Below, in pieces: positions 1 through 9,734 of a DNA stretch of 53,907 bases. The notes beneath the pieces are model-generated. The model was not told the origin of the DNA. It worked only from the letters and a program-made list of their open reading frames with translations, and did no database searches. This DNA is from Bdellovibrionales bacterium. Lineage in GTDB: Bacteria; Bdellovibrionota; Bdellovibrionia; Bdellovibrionales; UBA1609. The number at the start of each line of letters is the position of its first letter. Position 1 is the stretch's first letter. Both the position numbers and the translations under genes were made by a program. The stretch is from contig JBFWVI010000020.1 in assembly GCA_050246815.1 (NCBI GenBank), forward strand, positions 1-53,907. Reading direction: 5' to 3'.

Positions 1-60
1 GTTTGTCTCAAGTTGAGAAAATTGGCCTCTCGACACATTCTGAGATATCCTGTTAATAGA

Positions 61-1017
61 ATGTGTGGGTATGACGTGAAAAACAAAGTTTTTGCCCTGC
101 TTTACTTTATGTTTTGTTGCTGGATTCTTTCGGGAGCTGCGGCGGCGCAGGTTCGGGTCACTGCCGCGCCCGATTCGAACACCCCCATTCAATGGACCGA
201 TACGACCTTGGTCTCTAATCAGACTCCGATCAAAGCTGCCCACATCAATGAACTGCGCGCGCATATTAATTCCGCTCGCTTAAGCTGCGGGCTTACTCCC
301 CAAGTTTGGACGGACGACCCGGTCGTCGCACTGACGACGCCAATTCGTAAAATTCATATGGACGAGCTTCGCTCGGCCGCCACCGAAGTCTACACTGAAA
401 AACTGCGGCAAAGCTCTGGCGGCAATCGTGTCAACAACAATGCGCCCACTTATACAGATCCCCAAATTCAAATTCATGAAACCTCAGTCAAGGCGTCGCA
501 CGTCACGGAACTTCGAAATATCGCAAGCCAGGCCGTGTGTTTGGCGGCAGCCCCGCCACCCCCTGCGCCGCGCGGGCCGCCGGTGGTCACCTGCACCCCG
601 GGCAATGGAACGATTGGCACAATCCGCGCCACTGGTCAGCCTTGTTGGCGGACTTTCAGCCGTAATCAGAATGGCAACTTTTGTTTAGAGGAAAACCCTT
701 TTTGTCCCACCTGCCAACCCGCCAACACTTATCCGACACAGGCGGGTTGTGAAGTGGCTGAAAATGGCAACTGCCAGTCCACGAGCTCAGCCCATAGGTG
801 GATACATACTATGACGGGCGGAAGCACCACGGGCTGCACGGCTCGCAGGTCTGGTTGCGGCACTGTTCCTTATACGTTGACCCCTCCTATCGCTCAATGT
901 GATGCCTCGAAGGAAGGAATGACCACAAGTTACGGCTGTGGCTGCGATATAGATGGCACTTTTCTGCGAGCGTATTTTACATGCAAAGCCTCTGTGACCT
1001 GGTCTTGCATACCGTAA
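61..1017 (+). CDS. Secreted protein with three W/Y-T-D...I/V-x-x-x-H-x-x-E-L-R repeats, a Pro linker and a Cys-rich C-terminal domain (fibre/adhesin-like)
   Basis: Signal peptide (FALLYFMFCCWILSGAAAA-Q), three related repeats, APPPPAP linker and a Cys-rich tail. Start uncertain (13, 61 or 76). Confidence 0.7.
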   Translation: MCGYDVKNKVFALLYFMFCCWILSGAAAAQVRVTAAPDSNTPIQWTDTTLVSNQTPIKAAHINELRAHINSARLSCGLTPQVWTDDPVVALTTPIRKIHMDELRSAATEVYTEKLRQSSGGNRVNNNAPTYTDPQIQIHETSVKASHVTELRNIASQAVCLAAAPPPPAPRGPPVVTCTPGNGTIGTIRATGQPCWRTFSRNQNGNFCLEENPFCPTCQPANTYPTQAGCEVAENGNCQSTSSAHRWIHTMTGGSTTGCTARRSGCGTVPYTLTPPIAQCDASKEGMTTSYGCGCDIDGTFLRAYFTCKASVTWSCIP

Positions 1018-1051
1018 CAGCCAAATAAGCCGTGCCGTCGTTACGATGCCA

Positions 1052-2752
1052 TCAGTGACCCGAAAACCGTAGCTCCCAGCGGGTCAAAGTACCCGTGTCG
1101 CCGCTTAAACCGTCAAAAACGCGGATGCGCCAAGTCCCGGACGTGTTTTCACCATAAAAGGCATTGGTCAAAAAGACTTCCCCCAGGTAGTTGGAAAGAT
1201 TGTCCAACGAGTTATTCATATTCACAATGATGCTTTTCGTGTTCGCGGGCGAGGTCAATTCGATGGCCAATTGCCCGATATCGTTATGAGTGACAAAGGC
1301 CCGAATTTGAACCGCCTCAATCACCATGCTGGTGGCCACGTTCATGGTGTCGGTGCCACCCGTCGCACTGTTGTCGGGTATCGCAACCGCCAGTCCGGTA
1401 CGCTGATAATCCCACGCGCCCGCACCTCCGGCGCTTTGTGTGAAAGTCCCCAACGCCGACACATAGGTCTTGGCGATCGACACAGCCCCATCCACGTCAA
1501 TCATGCCAAAGCCAAAATGGTTGTGGAAGTGAAAGCCCGCACCGTTGGTGACCCAACCCTGTTCCCAAGTGTAACCCGACGGCGAGCTGACATAGCTGTT
1601 TGCAAACGACGTTGTCCCGGTGCTCACCTGCCTGGCACTTTGGGCCAAAATATGTTTCACATCACGCCAAGTCAGGGCGGCATTGGCATCCAGAATCAAG
1701 GCCACTGCCCCTGAAACCACCGGTGCGGCGGCTGATGTACCATTAAACGCGATGTCGTAGCGACAATTGGGGTTCAAGGTGCTACTTGATAAATTGAAGC
1801 TGGGCACAAAGCCGGTGAATGCCACATTTGCATAACCGAGTGTGCAGCCGTTGCGATCCGTCGTGATCATCTGGGGATAGCTGCTTTGCCCACTAGGTGC
1901 GGAAACCCACAAATTCGGACCTGTGCTTGAATAATTGGCTTTAACACCTGCCGAGTTAATCGCGCCGACCACCACCGTATAGGGTGTGCTGTTGTAGCCA
2001 TCAAAATTCGCCAGACCATGGCGCGTGATCGTGGGTGACAGCTGATATTGATATTCATTGCCTGCGGCTTTGACATAAATTGCGCCCAGGCCACCACGCA
2101 AATTGGTGATCCCGTCCAGCATCTGCGCTTCAAACAAGGGCTCCATTTCTAAAAAGGTCTCCATGGCAGATGAACCCCAGCTGTAATTGAAAACTTCAAA
2201 TGCGCCATCGGCCTGATCGACGATCACCGCCGTGCTTTGCGTGACATCTTCGCTTAAGAAATTTTTCGAGGCCCAAGTGACTCCGGGTGCAAGCCCCCGA
2301 CTGCCTTCGTCGTTGCCGGCCTCGGCAAAGATCAGCCCGGCCACGGCGGTGCCATGATTGTCATCCGTATCCAAAGGGTCCGCCCCAGTGCCCCAAACCA
2401 TCGTGGAATAATCCGTGGATCCGCCTGCGATCACATTTGCCGATAGGTCCGCATGAGTTGACTCGACCCCTGCGTCTGAAACACAAACCCGAACGCCCGT
2501 GCCATCGTAGCCCTCGGCCAAAGTGGTCAGCATATTCACGTCAATGCCCCGGGTGGCCGCATAGGTGGAATATGATTTTTGTCCGCGGTTTTGCAGGTGC
2601 CAAGCGTAAACATTTAAGGGGTCATCTTCAAGCAACGCGTTAAGCGGGTCCGTCACAGGCTCATCGTCGGTCGAAAATCCATAGCCCTGTCCAACCCCAT
2701 CGCATGCCATCAGAGGCAACGCCAAAAAAATGACCACAAGCTTGGTCTTCAC
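1052..2752 (-). CDS. Kexin/furin-like S8 serine protease lipoprotein with C-terminal proprotein-convertase P-domain
   Basis: Lipobox PLMA-C; catalytic motifs VSDAG, NHGTAVAG, AAGN and FNGTSAAAP; HFGFG; P-domain (IPDN...VTHNDIGQLAIELTSP...FYGENTSGTWRIRVFD). Confidence 0.93.
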   Translation of the reverse strand: MKTKLVVIFLALPLMACDGVGQGYGFSTDDEPVTDPLNALLEDDPLNVYAWHLQNRGQKSYSTYAATRGIDVNMLTTLAEGYDGTGVRVCVSDAGVESTHADLSANVIAGGSTDYSTMVWGTGADPLDTDDNHGTAVAGLIFAEAGNDEGSRGLAPGVTWASKNFLSEDVTQSTAVIVDQADGAFEVFNYSWGSSAMETFLEMEPLFEAQMLDGITNLRGGLGAIYVKAAGNEYQYQLSPTITRHGLANFDGYNSTPYTVVVGAINSAGVKANYSSTGPNLWVSAPSGQSSYPQMITTDRNGCTLGYANVAFTGFVPSFNLSSSTLNPNCRYDIAFNGTSAAAPVVSGAVALILDANAALTWRDVKHILAQSARQVSTGTTSFANSYVSSPSGYTWEQGWVTNGAGFHFHNHFGFGMIDVDGAVSIAKTYVSALGTFTQSAGGAGAWDYQRTGLAVAIPDNSATGGTDTMNVATSMVIEAVQIRAFVTHNDIGQLAIELTSPANTKSIIVNMNNSLDNLSNYLGEVFLTNAFYGENTSGTWRIRVFDGLSGDTGTLTRWELRFSGH

Positions 2753-3459
2753 TTGCCCACCAAACTTCGATTGATAATTTCAACTCGGGCATCATGAACC
2801 CGTGGATCCGCCACCAGTCGAGTGGTCAGCTGCAGCACACTGGCCGGATCAGCCGTTCGCGCGATCACATAGCCCAGGGAGTCTTTGCGCATCTCAACTT
2901 GCAAGCCGTACTCATTTAAAAGCGCGTCGGCGGATTCCATATTCTTTAGTTGTAAAATTACCCGCCCCATCAAAATGCCGCTGATGCGGCGATCGGGGCG
3001 ATAAACGACGGGCCACTCTTCCTGTGCGAATGCAGACTCTTCTTGTCCGGGTTTCAAGCGAAAAATCGCCACTGGCCCCCAGCGCTCAAGCAATTCTCCT
3101 TGATCGCGAAAGTTTGCAAATGGGCGGGCGCGTACGTCTGTGGCCAAATACCAACCCGCCGCACCCATCACTTTGGACGAGAGTTCCACTCCTGTGGTGT
3201 TGATGTTCTCTTTTAGACCCAGCTTACGGCCCTGAAAGCTTGGTCGCCGCGCCTCTGGACGCACAAAATCGCTAGGCCCGGCTTCAGGTCCGTGCGACAA
3301 GGTCGTTTTAGAAGTGGCCGTCACTGAGGTCGGTGTCGCAGACGGTCCGGTGATGGCTCGTGCAAGCGGGTGATTCGGCGCGGGCGGCGGAATTCGTGTC
3401 AGCCAGGCTAAAAGGCCCGCCAACAGCAACGCTAAGCCGAAAAGCCCCCACCCCTTCAA
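2749..3459 (-). CDS. Membrane-anchored protein with a C-terminal propeptide/ASP external-chaperone-like domain
   Basis: N-terminal TM segment; 4-nt overlap with the S8 gene; the C-terminus (GILMGRVILQLK...LVADPRVHDARVEII) resembles subtilase propeptide folds. Confidence 0.6.
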   Translation of the reverse strand: MKGWGLFGLALLLAGLLAWLTRIPPPAPNHPLARAITGPSATPTSVTATSKTTLSHGPEAGPSDFVRPEARRPSFQGRKLGLKENINTTGVELSSKVMGAAGWYLATDVRARPFANFRDQGELLERWGPVAIFRLKPGQEESAFAQEEWPVVYRPDRRISGILMGRVILQLKNMESADALLNEYGLQVEMRKDSLGYVIARTADPASVLQLTTRLVADPRVHDARVEIINRSLVGK

Positions 3460-3547
3460 GCCCCCCCCACTTCTTCAAACGACTCATTTCTTATCGGAAG
3501 AAGCGGGGCCCTGGTGTTGTCTCAATATAAGACTAGGAGCAAATTTT

Positions 3548-4315
3548 CTAACGGTTTTCTGCTAAAAATTGGATGATAGCCTGCCATGAGCGCGCATCCG
3601 CATTGGCATTGTAGGCCGCGCCTTTACTGTTGTCCGTGCCGGCAGTCTTATCGGTGAAACTGTGAACGGCATTGCCGTATTTCACCAACTGCCAATCCAC
3701 CTTGGCCGCGCGCATTTCTTGTTCAAAGGCCTGCAGGTCCTGGGCGGCGACAAAGGGGTCATCCGCCCCGTGCAGGACCAACACTTTGGTTTTAATCTTC
3801 TGACCCAGGGCTGGCTCGGGACTGTCTAATCCGCCATGAACACTGATCACGCCCTTTAGCTTTGCACCTTCGCGAGCCAATTCAATCACGCCGGTGCCGC
3901 CAAAACAGTAGCCCACCGCAAATAAACTTTTTTTATTCACCTGGTTTTGTTTTTCGAGCTGCTTTAATGCCAGGGTCATACGCTTTCGAAAAAGCTTGCG
4001 ATCCCCCTTGTATTTGCCGGCCTCTTGTCCGGCCGTCGCGCCGCTCGGCCGAACGCCTTTACCGTACACGTCCGCGGCGAATGCCACATAGCCTTGTTTG
4101 GCGAATTGTTCTGCTTTCTCTAAGGTTTTACCGGTCACCCCCAACCAATCGTGGGCAACAAGAATGCCTGTGCGAGGAGTGGTCTCAGTATCATCATAGA
4201 CCAAAACCCCCTCAAGAACCGTGTCGCCATCTTTGTATTCCACGGCCTTTTTGATCAACGTGGCTTGAGCCCAGCCCGCATGGGCCAATAAAAATGCGCA
4301 CAACAACTTTTTCAT
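3548..4315 (-). CDS. Dienelactone hydrolase family protein (secreted)
   Basis: HDWLG, GYCFGG nucleophile motif, HGADDP and HSFT; signal peptide; GGAGG RBS. Confidence 0.93.
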   Translation of the reverse strand: MKKLLCAFLLAHAGWAQATLIKKAVEYKDGDTVLEGVLVYDDTETTPRTGILVAHDWLGVTGKTLEKAEQFAKQGYVAFAADVYGKGVRPSGATAGQEAGKYKGDRKLFRKRMTLALKQLEKQNQVNKKSLFAVGYCFGGTGVIELAREGAKLKGVISVHGGLDSPEPALGQKIKTKVLVLHGADDPFVAAQDLQAFEQEMRAAKVDWQLVKYGNAVHSFTDKTAGTDNSKGAAYNANADARSWQAIIQFLAENR

Positions 4316-4408
4316 CCTTCACCTCCGTGACTTAGTGAAGATAAATAACGCGTCGCTAAGTTGCAACCTGAATAGACTCTGCTAACCTTTGAAGCTGTAG
4401 GAGTTTGC

Positions 4409-4774
4409 GTGTCGAATTTGCTATTGGTTTTTTTAATGACACAGACCGCGCCGATTTATGCCGGGCTGGAATGCCGGGCCAGCGAAGTTAAGAAGGCTCT
4501 TGAGACCTTGGCCCGCAATCGCGAATCCAAATGCATGAATGTTGAACAAATGCGTGCCGCAAGCCATGCCTTACGCGAATTGGCTAGCGAACCCGCCTGC
4601 GACCACAGCACCCTGGTCAAAGCGCAACGCCTGTTGGCCGAAGCTCGTGTCGCCCCTCTTTTGAACGACACCAAGTTGTCTTGCGACAATCTTTTGCTTT
4701 CAATCGAGGCGCATCTCAAGCAACTTACAAAGTCTGTAAAAACTGAATCACGTCCAGCCGCTGTGGGGCAGTAA
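4409..4774 (+). CDS. Small secreted helical hypothetical protein (4 Cys)
   Basis: AGGAG RBS before the GTG start; signal-like N-terminus; convergent overlap with the next gene. Confidence 0.6.
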   Translation: MSNLLLVFLMTQTAPIYAGLECRASEVKKALETLARNRESKCMNVEQMRAASHALRELASEPACDHSTLVKAQRLLAEARVAPLLNDTKLSCDNLLLSIEAHLKQLTKSVKTESRPAAVGQ

Positions 4775-6365
4775 GCCCACCTATTTCGTGCCCTTGCCGT
4801 GAAAGACCCGGCCGATTGGTGTCGTAACGATACTCTCTTGTTTGCCATGAGGCCGGCGTAGCTGAGCCCAGCGGATAGCCGTTGCATGCAAAATCAAAAT
4901 CGCGATCACGATCTTGTGCCTCACCCGCGTAATAAAATTCAGGCCGTTCGTTGGCGGGCATCAGCACCGCGCAAAGATTCGGCGCGGAGTTATTGTGAAA
5001 ATACGGCCAACGCGCCCAAATACCGACCAATGGTGGTGGCACATAACCGGGCTGCTGAAGCACGGTAACGCCGTTGCGCTGTGAAATTGCCAGTTTATTT
5101 AAGCTCTCGAGCGACCTCATGCCCTCACGCCGAAAAGCATCTGTGCCGACGTCAATCACAGGAGTTTGAGCATGGTAGACCACGCGCGTGGTGCGCAGTT
5201 GCTCTGCGTAAGGCAGCTGTTCGAAGTTCGGCTGATCCCATGCTTTTTCGTATTGCCCGTGGCAGTGGGCACATCGCCTAGAAAACAGCTGCTGCCCACG
5301 CTGTGCCGCCTGAAGGTCAATGCTCTCGGCAGTGAAAAACTCTGTGATTCGAGGGGCTTTGCTTGCAAATACGGCCGTGGTCAGCTCTTCGACTTTTGTT
5401 CTATTCTCTTCCAACCACTGTTCCAGCTCGCGCAAGTCCGTTCCACGCCCGATTTCATTCCACAGTATGTTGGTGACGATGGGATTGCCTGACAGCACCG
5501 AACCGTCTGAAAGCCAACGATTTTTGTATTTCAAATTCCACCAGACCGCAGGTTTGCTGTCAGCGGGAAGCGTGGCCAGCGGCTCGTCATCAGGATCCCA
5601 TGGTTTTTGCGAATCTTTGCTGGCATAGGCATCACGCTGACGACGGGCCAAAGAGAGCGCCACGTGAGACAATGAGGTGTCGAGCCCCAAGACTTCGGGT
5701 CTTTTGCTGCCGACATAAAACATGTTATGGCGAGTTCGGCGGTACATTAAACGTTCTTGGCGATTCGCTCCTGTGGCTAACGAAAACAGCGGTGACATCA
5801 CGGCCTGGGTTACTTGTTTGCCCAAAATAAAAAACGCATTGGCCCTGGGAAAGCGATTGGTCATGCCAAGAACGGGCCGACCAAAAAGTTCGGCCGAATG
5901 GCAAGCAGCACAACTAAAGGTAAAACCCGTCACCCCCTCGGACTGCAACAAACTTAAGCCCATGCCCTGGCCGGCCCTCATTCCTGGCGGCAGTGGAATA
6001 TCACTTTCTGGCTGTCCGGCGTTTTCTGGGTAAGGGTGCAGACCTAACCAGTTCATGGCTTGGTCAAAAGATTCTATCTTTGAAAACGCCCGCGACAATC
6101 CTTGCAAGAGCGCCCGCAACGGATTGGCGGTAGGCTCATCCAAAAAATTTTGAATCGGCCTTAACGGTAGAAGCGCCCCGGTCACCGACACAGGATAAAC
6201 CAAGGCATGTAATCGCCCAGCACGGGTCACTTGCACCAGCTGCTCGGGGCCAAGATCATAGGGATTGGCCCGCCCATCAATGGGAATACTTTCGCCCTGT
6301 TGCCACGTTGGTGCGGCCCAGGCCGCTGAAGAAAGGCTGATCAGTATCAAGAATAGAAAACGCAT
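4725..6365 (-). CDS. Secreted diheme cytochrome c, RoxA-like (CCP/MauG superfamily)
   Basis: Signal peptide MRFLFLILISLSSAAWA; two heme motifs CAACH and CAHCH; GYVPPPLVGIWARWPYFHNNSAP; YDT..PG.S..GH. Confidence 0.85.
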   Translation of the reverse strand: MRFLFLILISLSSAAWAAPTWQQGESIPIDGRANPYDLGPEQLVQVTRAGRLHALVYPVSVTGALLPLRPIQNFLDEPTANPLRALLQGLSRAFSKIESFDQAMNWLGLHPYPENAGQPESDIPLPPGMRAGQGMGLSLLQSEGVTGFTFSCAACHSAELFGRPVLGMTNRFPRANAFFILGKQVTQAVMSPLFSLATGANRQERLMYRRTRHNMFYVGSKRPEVLGLDTSLSHVALSLARRQRDAYASKDSQKPWDPDDEPLATLPADSKPAVWWNLKYKNRWLSDGSVLSGNPIVTNILWNEIGRGTDLRELEQWLEENRTKVEELTTAVFASKAPRITEFFTAESIDLQAAQRGQQLFSRRCAHCHGQYEKAWDQPNFEQLPYAEQLRTTRVVYHAQTPVIDVGTDAFRREGMRSLESLNKLAISQRNGVTVLQQPGYVPPPLVGIWARWPYFHNNSAPNLCAVLMPANERPEFYYAGEAQDRDRDFDFACNGYPLGSATPASWQTREYRYDTNRPGLSRQGHEIGGLTAPQRLDVIQFLQTL

Positions 6366-6460
6366 GTCCAAAGTATAGCGGCGAATGACGTCAAGCCCAA
6401 CACGGCTAAAGACCAAATCCTGCCATTGCAAGGCTGATCTATTCGCGATAAATCAAGGGT

Positions 6461-7495
6461 ATGAAACTAAAATATTTCAAAGGCTCTTTTTTATTTACGA
6501 TTGTGGGTGTTGTGGCTGGCGCCGCTGTTGGCTATTACTATGGCAATGGCTGGGCCGGAGCTTTGTCCGCCGCTGTTTTAACCATGATCTTGGCGGTCTT
6601 GGAGGTCTCGCTGTCGTTTGACAACGCCGTGGTGAACGCAGCCGTGCTGAAACGCATGACACCAGAATGGCGACATCGTTTTATCACTTGGGGTATTTTA
6701 ATTGCGGTCTTTGGGATGCGGATCGTGTTCCCCTTGGCCATTGTCAGTATTTTAGCTGAAATTTCTCCCTGGGAAGCTTTGGTCATGGCGGCCACACGTC
6801 CCGATGAGTACGCCGAAACCATGCTGCGCTCTCATTTGGCGTTGGCAGGCTTTGGTGGCGCGTTTTTGCTGATGGTCGCACTGAAGTATTTCTTGGATGC
6901 CAACAAAGATGTCCACTGGGTCAAAGAGATTGAAAAGCCTTTGGTTAACTTGGGCAAAATTGAGTCCAGCCAAATCGCGGTGGCCCTGGTGATCTTGTAC
7001 GTGCTTTCGCATCGCCTGCCCCACGCCGAGGCTTATCAGTTTTTAGTTTCGGGAATTCTTGGCGTAGTGACCTTTGTCCTTGTCGATGGCATCAGCTCGC
7101 TTTTGGAAGCTCAAGAAGAATCCGCCACCAACGCGGCCAAGGCCAGTATGGGCCTGTTTATGTATTTGGAAATTCTTGATGCCTCTTTCAGTTTTGACGG
7201 TGTCATCGGCGCTTTTGCTTTAACTCATAATATTTTTATCATCGCGATCGGCTTAGGCATCGGCGCCATGTTTGTGCGAAGTCTCACTATTCTTTTTGTC
7301 GAAGAGGGCACTCTGACTCAATTCAGATATTTGGAACACGGGGCCTTTTATGCAATCGCGGCCCTTGCAACCATGATGTTGCTTGACACCGTCGTGCACA
7401 TTCCTGAAGTGGCAACGGGACTGATTGGTGCCGCCTTTATCATTGTCGCCTTTGTCTCTTCGGTGCGCTACAACCGCGCTCAATTGAAGCGGTAG
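6461..7495 (+). CDS. DUF475 (TerC-related) integral membrane protein
   Basis: LEVSLSFDNAVVNA, LEILDASFSFDGVIGAFA and YLEHGAFYAI motifs; multiple TM helices. Confidence 0.92.
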   Translation: MKLKYFKGSFLFTIVGVVAGAAVGYYYGNGWAGALSAAVLTMILAVLEVSLSFDNAVVNAAVLKRMTPEWRHRFITWGILIAVFGMRIVFPLAIVSILAEISPWEALVMAATRPDEYAETMLRSHLALAGFGGAFLLMVALKYFLDANKDVHWVKEIEKPLVNLGKIESSQIAVALVILYVLSHRLPHAEAYQFLVSGILGVVTFVLVDGISSLLEAQEESATNAAKASMGLFMYLEILDASFSFDGVIGAFALTHNIFIIAIGLGIGAMFVRSLTILFVEEGTLTQFRYLEHGAFYAIAALATMMLLDTVVHIPEVATGLIGAAFIIVAFVSSVRYNRAQLKR

Positions 7496-8049
7496 ACAAA
7501 GGCCAGTGACGGATAGATCATGGTTCGCCCATTGCTGACGCTGGTGAGCGTGGTGCTGTTGGTGATTTGTTCATTGTAAGTGGATTTATAATAATTCAGT
7601 TTCACCCCCGCCTGAAACTGCTCGTTCCACTGCGGCATATAGCCCAATTCGCCCTTCATGCTGGTCCCGCGCCATTCTGCGGTTGAACTGCCGCTGGAAT
7701 AATCGGATTTCGCCTGTAGGTTGTAGGTGAAAAAAAAGCTCCATAAAAAATTGCGATCAAAATAGTAACCAAAACGAGGCCCCATTTCCGTGGAGCTATA
7801 GCTGGTGGTGGTGCTGCTGGCTGTGTCGTCCGCCGCAACAGAGGCATAGCTCCAGCCCAAAACCAAACTGCCCTTGCGGTTTAAGTTGAGCATGATGGCA
7901 AAGTCATAAATTGTTCGTTTGTAATCCGAATCTGTGGTCGCGGCCAAAGCATCCGTATAATAAAAAATGTTGAGGTCAAAGGTCAAAGCTTGGGCCTTGC
8001 AGCCAAAACTTAACGCCATCAAATAGAAGAGCCGGACGAAGAATTTCAT
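7480..8049 (-). CDS. Small outer-membrane beta-barrel protein
   Basis: Signal peptide, aromatic-rich amphipathic strands and C-terminal YPSLAFVYRF. Confidence 0.75.
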   Translation of the reverse strand: MKFFVRLFYLMALSFGCKAQALTFDLNIFYYTDALAATTDSDYKRTIYDFAIMLNLNRKGSLVLGWSYASVAADDTASSTTTSYSSTEMGPRFGYYFDRNFLWSFFFTYNLQAKSDYSSGSSTAEWRGTSMKGELGYMPQWNEQFQAGVKLNYYKSTYNEQITNSTTLTSVSNGRTMIYPSLAFVYRFN

Positions 8050-8109
8050 CTTGCACTAATTTAACACGACGCTGATTTTTAAGAAATTCTGGTCGCCCAG
8101 AACCGGCTC

Positions 8110-8985
8110 TTAGTCGGCCTTGTCGCAGGTCCAGATCTTCAAGGGATTCCGCGTAGGATCCGCCCAGCGCATAAAGCTAGCCACAGGCAAATAGCCCAAG
8201 CGGCAAAGCGGACGCTCGGGGTGGCCATCCTCAAAACGAATCGCCCAATGGCGCTGCACGGCCCGGCGAAGATGACTGGGCGGTGGCCCACAAATCACCC
8301 GCTGATCCACGCCAAATCCCACCACCACGGCGGCGCCTTGGCAGATTTCGTGATTTTGCGCGGCTAACTTGGTCACAGGCTGATCCACCAAACGAATAAG
8401 CTTTGGGCTGTTTCGGTCATAAACACAGATAGGTGTGGAAAATTCAGAGTGCGTGACCGAGCCTGACAACATACCGTAAGGACATTTATCCATCGGCATT
8501 AAAAAAGCCATTTCGCTTAAATCATCGCCGACCAAAACTCCGCAGTAGGGCTCGCCATATTCACTGAAGCCCTTCAGCGCGCTGCCGGGCGGACAGCGAA
8601 ATGGCTGTGTTGGTTGGATCTCTTGCAGAATCGTATCCATGCTGTCGGCCACTTCATCATCGCAACGGGTCACCAACAAGTCCCCGGTTCGCGCTTGAAC
8701 AAGGGTGGTTTCAATTTGCTGATCTATTTCGCACTCTGCATTTCCACTTTCATCGGTCTTAGCGGCCTGACCTGACAGTTTCACCAGCTCGCACATCACC
8801 TGACCATTTGTATCAACGCCGACCACCACACGTCCCGGCCCGCACATCATCGCCGGATCGCTTTGTGATCCCACGCCCATTTTGCCGTTAGCGCCTTCGC
8901 GACCTGGCTCACTCAGACAGCCACTCAAAATAATTGATATGAAGAGCAAGTGGCTCAGATTGAGAAAATGTTTTGTATGCGCCAT
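8110..8985 (-). CDS. Cys-rich lipoprotein with repeated C-x-x-G...G...C modules
   Basis: Lipobox ILSG-C; four related modules, e.g. CGPGRVVVGVDTNGQVMC and CPPGSALKGFSEYGEPYC. Start uncertain. Confidence 0.7.
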   Translation of the reverse strand: MAHTKHFLNLSHLLFISIILSGCLSEPGREGANGKMGVGSQSDPAMMCGPGRVVVGVDTNGQVMCELVKLSGQAAKTDESGNAECEIDQQIETTLVQARTGDLLVTRCDDEVADSMDTILQEIQPTQPFRCPPGSALKGFSEYGEPYCGVLVGDDLSEMAFLMPMDKCPYGMLSGSVTHSEFSTPICVYDRNSPKLIRLVDQPVTKLAAQNHEICQGAAVVVGFGVDQRVICGPPPSHLRRAVQRHWAIRFEDGHPERPLCRLGYLPVASFMRWADPTRNPLKIWTCDKAD

Positions 8986-9110
8986 CAGGTTTAAATCAAG
9001 CAATGCCAATGCCGCCGGGAAAATTGAAAATACCGTCTGAAATCAAGTCGAAGCGCTTAAGGTTTTGGTACTGACAAAAAGGGCAACAATTTTTTTGAAA
9101 AAGCGACAGG

Positions 9111-9596
9111 TCAAAAGGCCGAGCTTAAACGGCACTTGCTGTAGGCCAGCACGACGGGCGTCGTGCTTTCGCCTTCCGACGCAGAAGCCGGACGCAGCAA
9201 CGACAGCTCAGCCACCACCTGATTCTTCTTGTCCAGGCGAACTTCGTCTTTCATGGTGCCTTGCCGTCCAATCAAACCATTATCTTCTATTTGATACTGT
9301 TGAACGACCTGTGCGCCTTGGTTGTCCCATTGAGTTGTTTTTGGGCTGATGGACTTGAAATGATAAAGTCGTACGTCGCGCTCCACCTGCAAACGTGTCC
9401 GCACGCCGTACATATCGCATTTGATTTCGCGCTCGCTTAAAGCTTTGATCTCTTCGGGCTTGGGTGCGCGCGCACTGGCAAACTCTTGGCTGAGCTGGCG
9501 AACTTGATCTTTAGAAATAAACTCGATGGCGGCCACTTGACTAGCCGCCATCGCAACACCCAAACATCCTAATGCCCTGAACCAAAACCCTTGCAT
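9111..9596 (-). CDS. Secreted hypothetical protein
   Basis: Signal peptide ending SQVAA; one Cys pair in the mature part. Confidence 0.7.
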   Translation of the reverse strand: MQGFWFRALGCLGVAMAASQVAAIEFISKDQVRQLSQEFASARAPKPEEIKALSEREIKCDMYGVRTRLQVERDVRLYHFKSISPKTTQWDNQGAQVVQQYQIEDNGLIGRQGTMKDEVRLDKKNQVVAELSLLRPASASEGESTTPVVLAYSKCRLSSAF

Positions 9597-9734
9597 GGAC
9601 GGCTAAAATGGCAAGATCAAGGCCGACCCTGGCCAAAGTTGTAAGTGGCTGAAATTAATTGTGATTATTGCTATATCAAGATCGTGCTAAACCCAGGAAG
9701 GTGAACTTCTTACAGCCTGAAGCGCAACTGCGGC

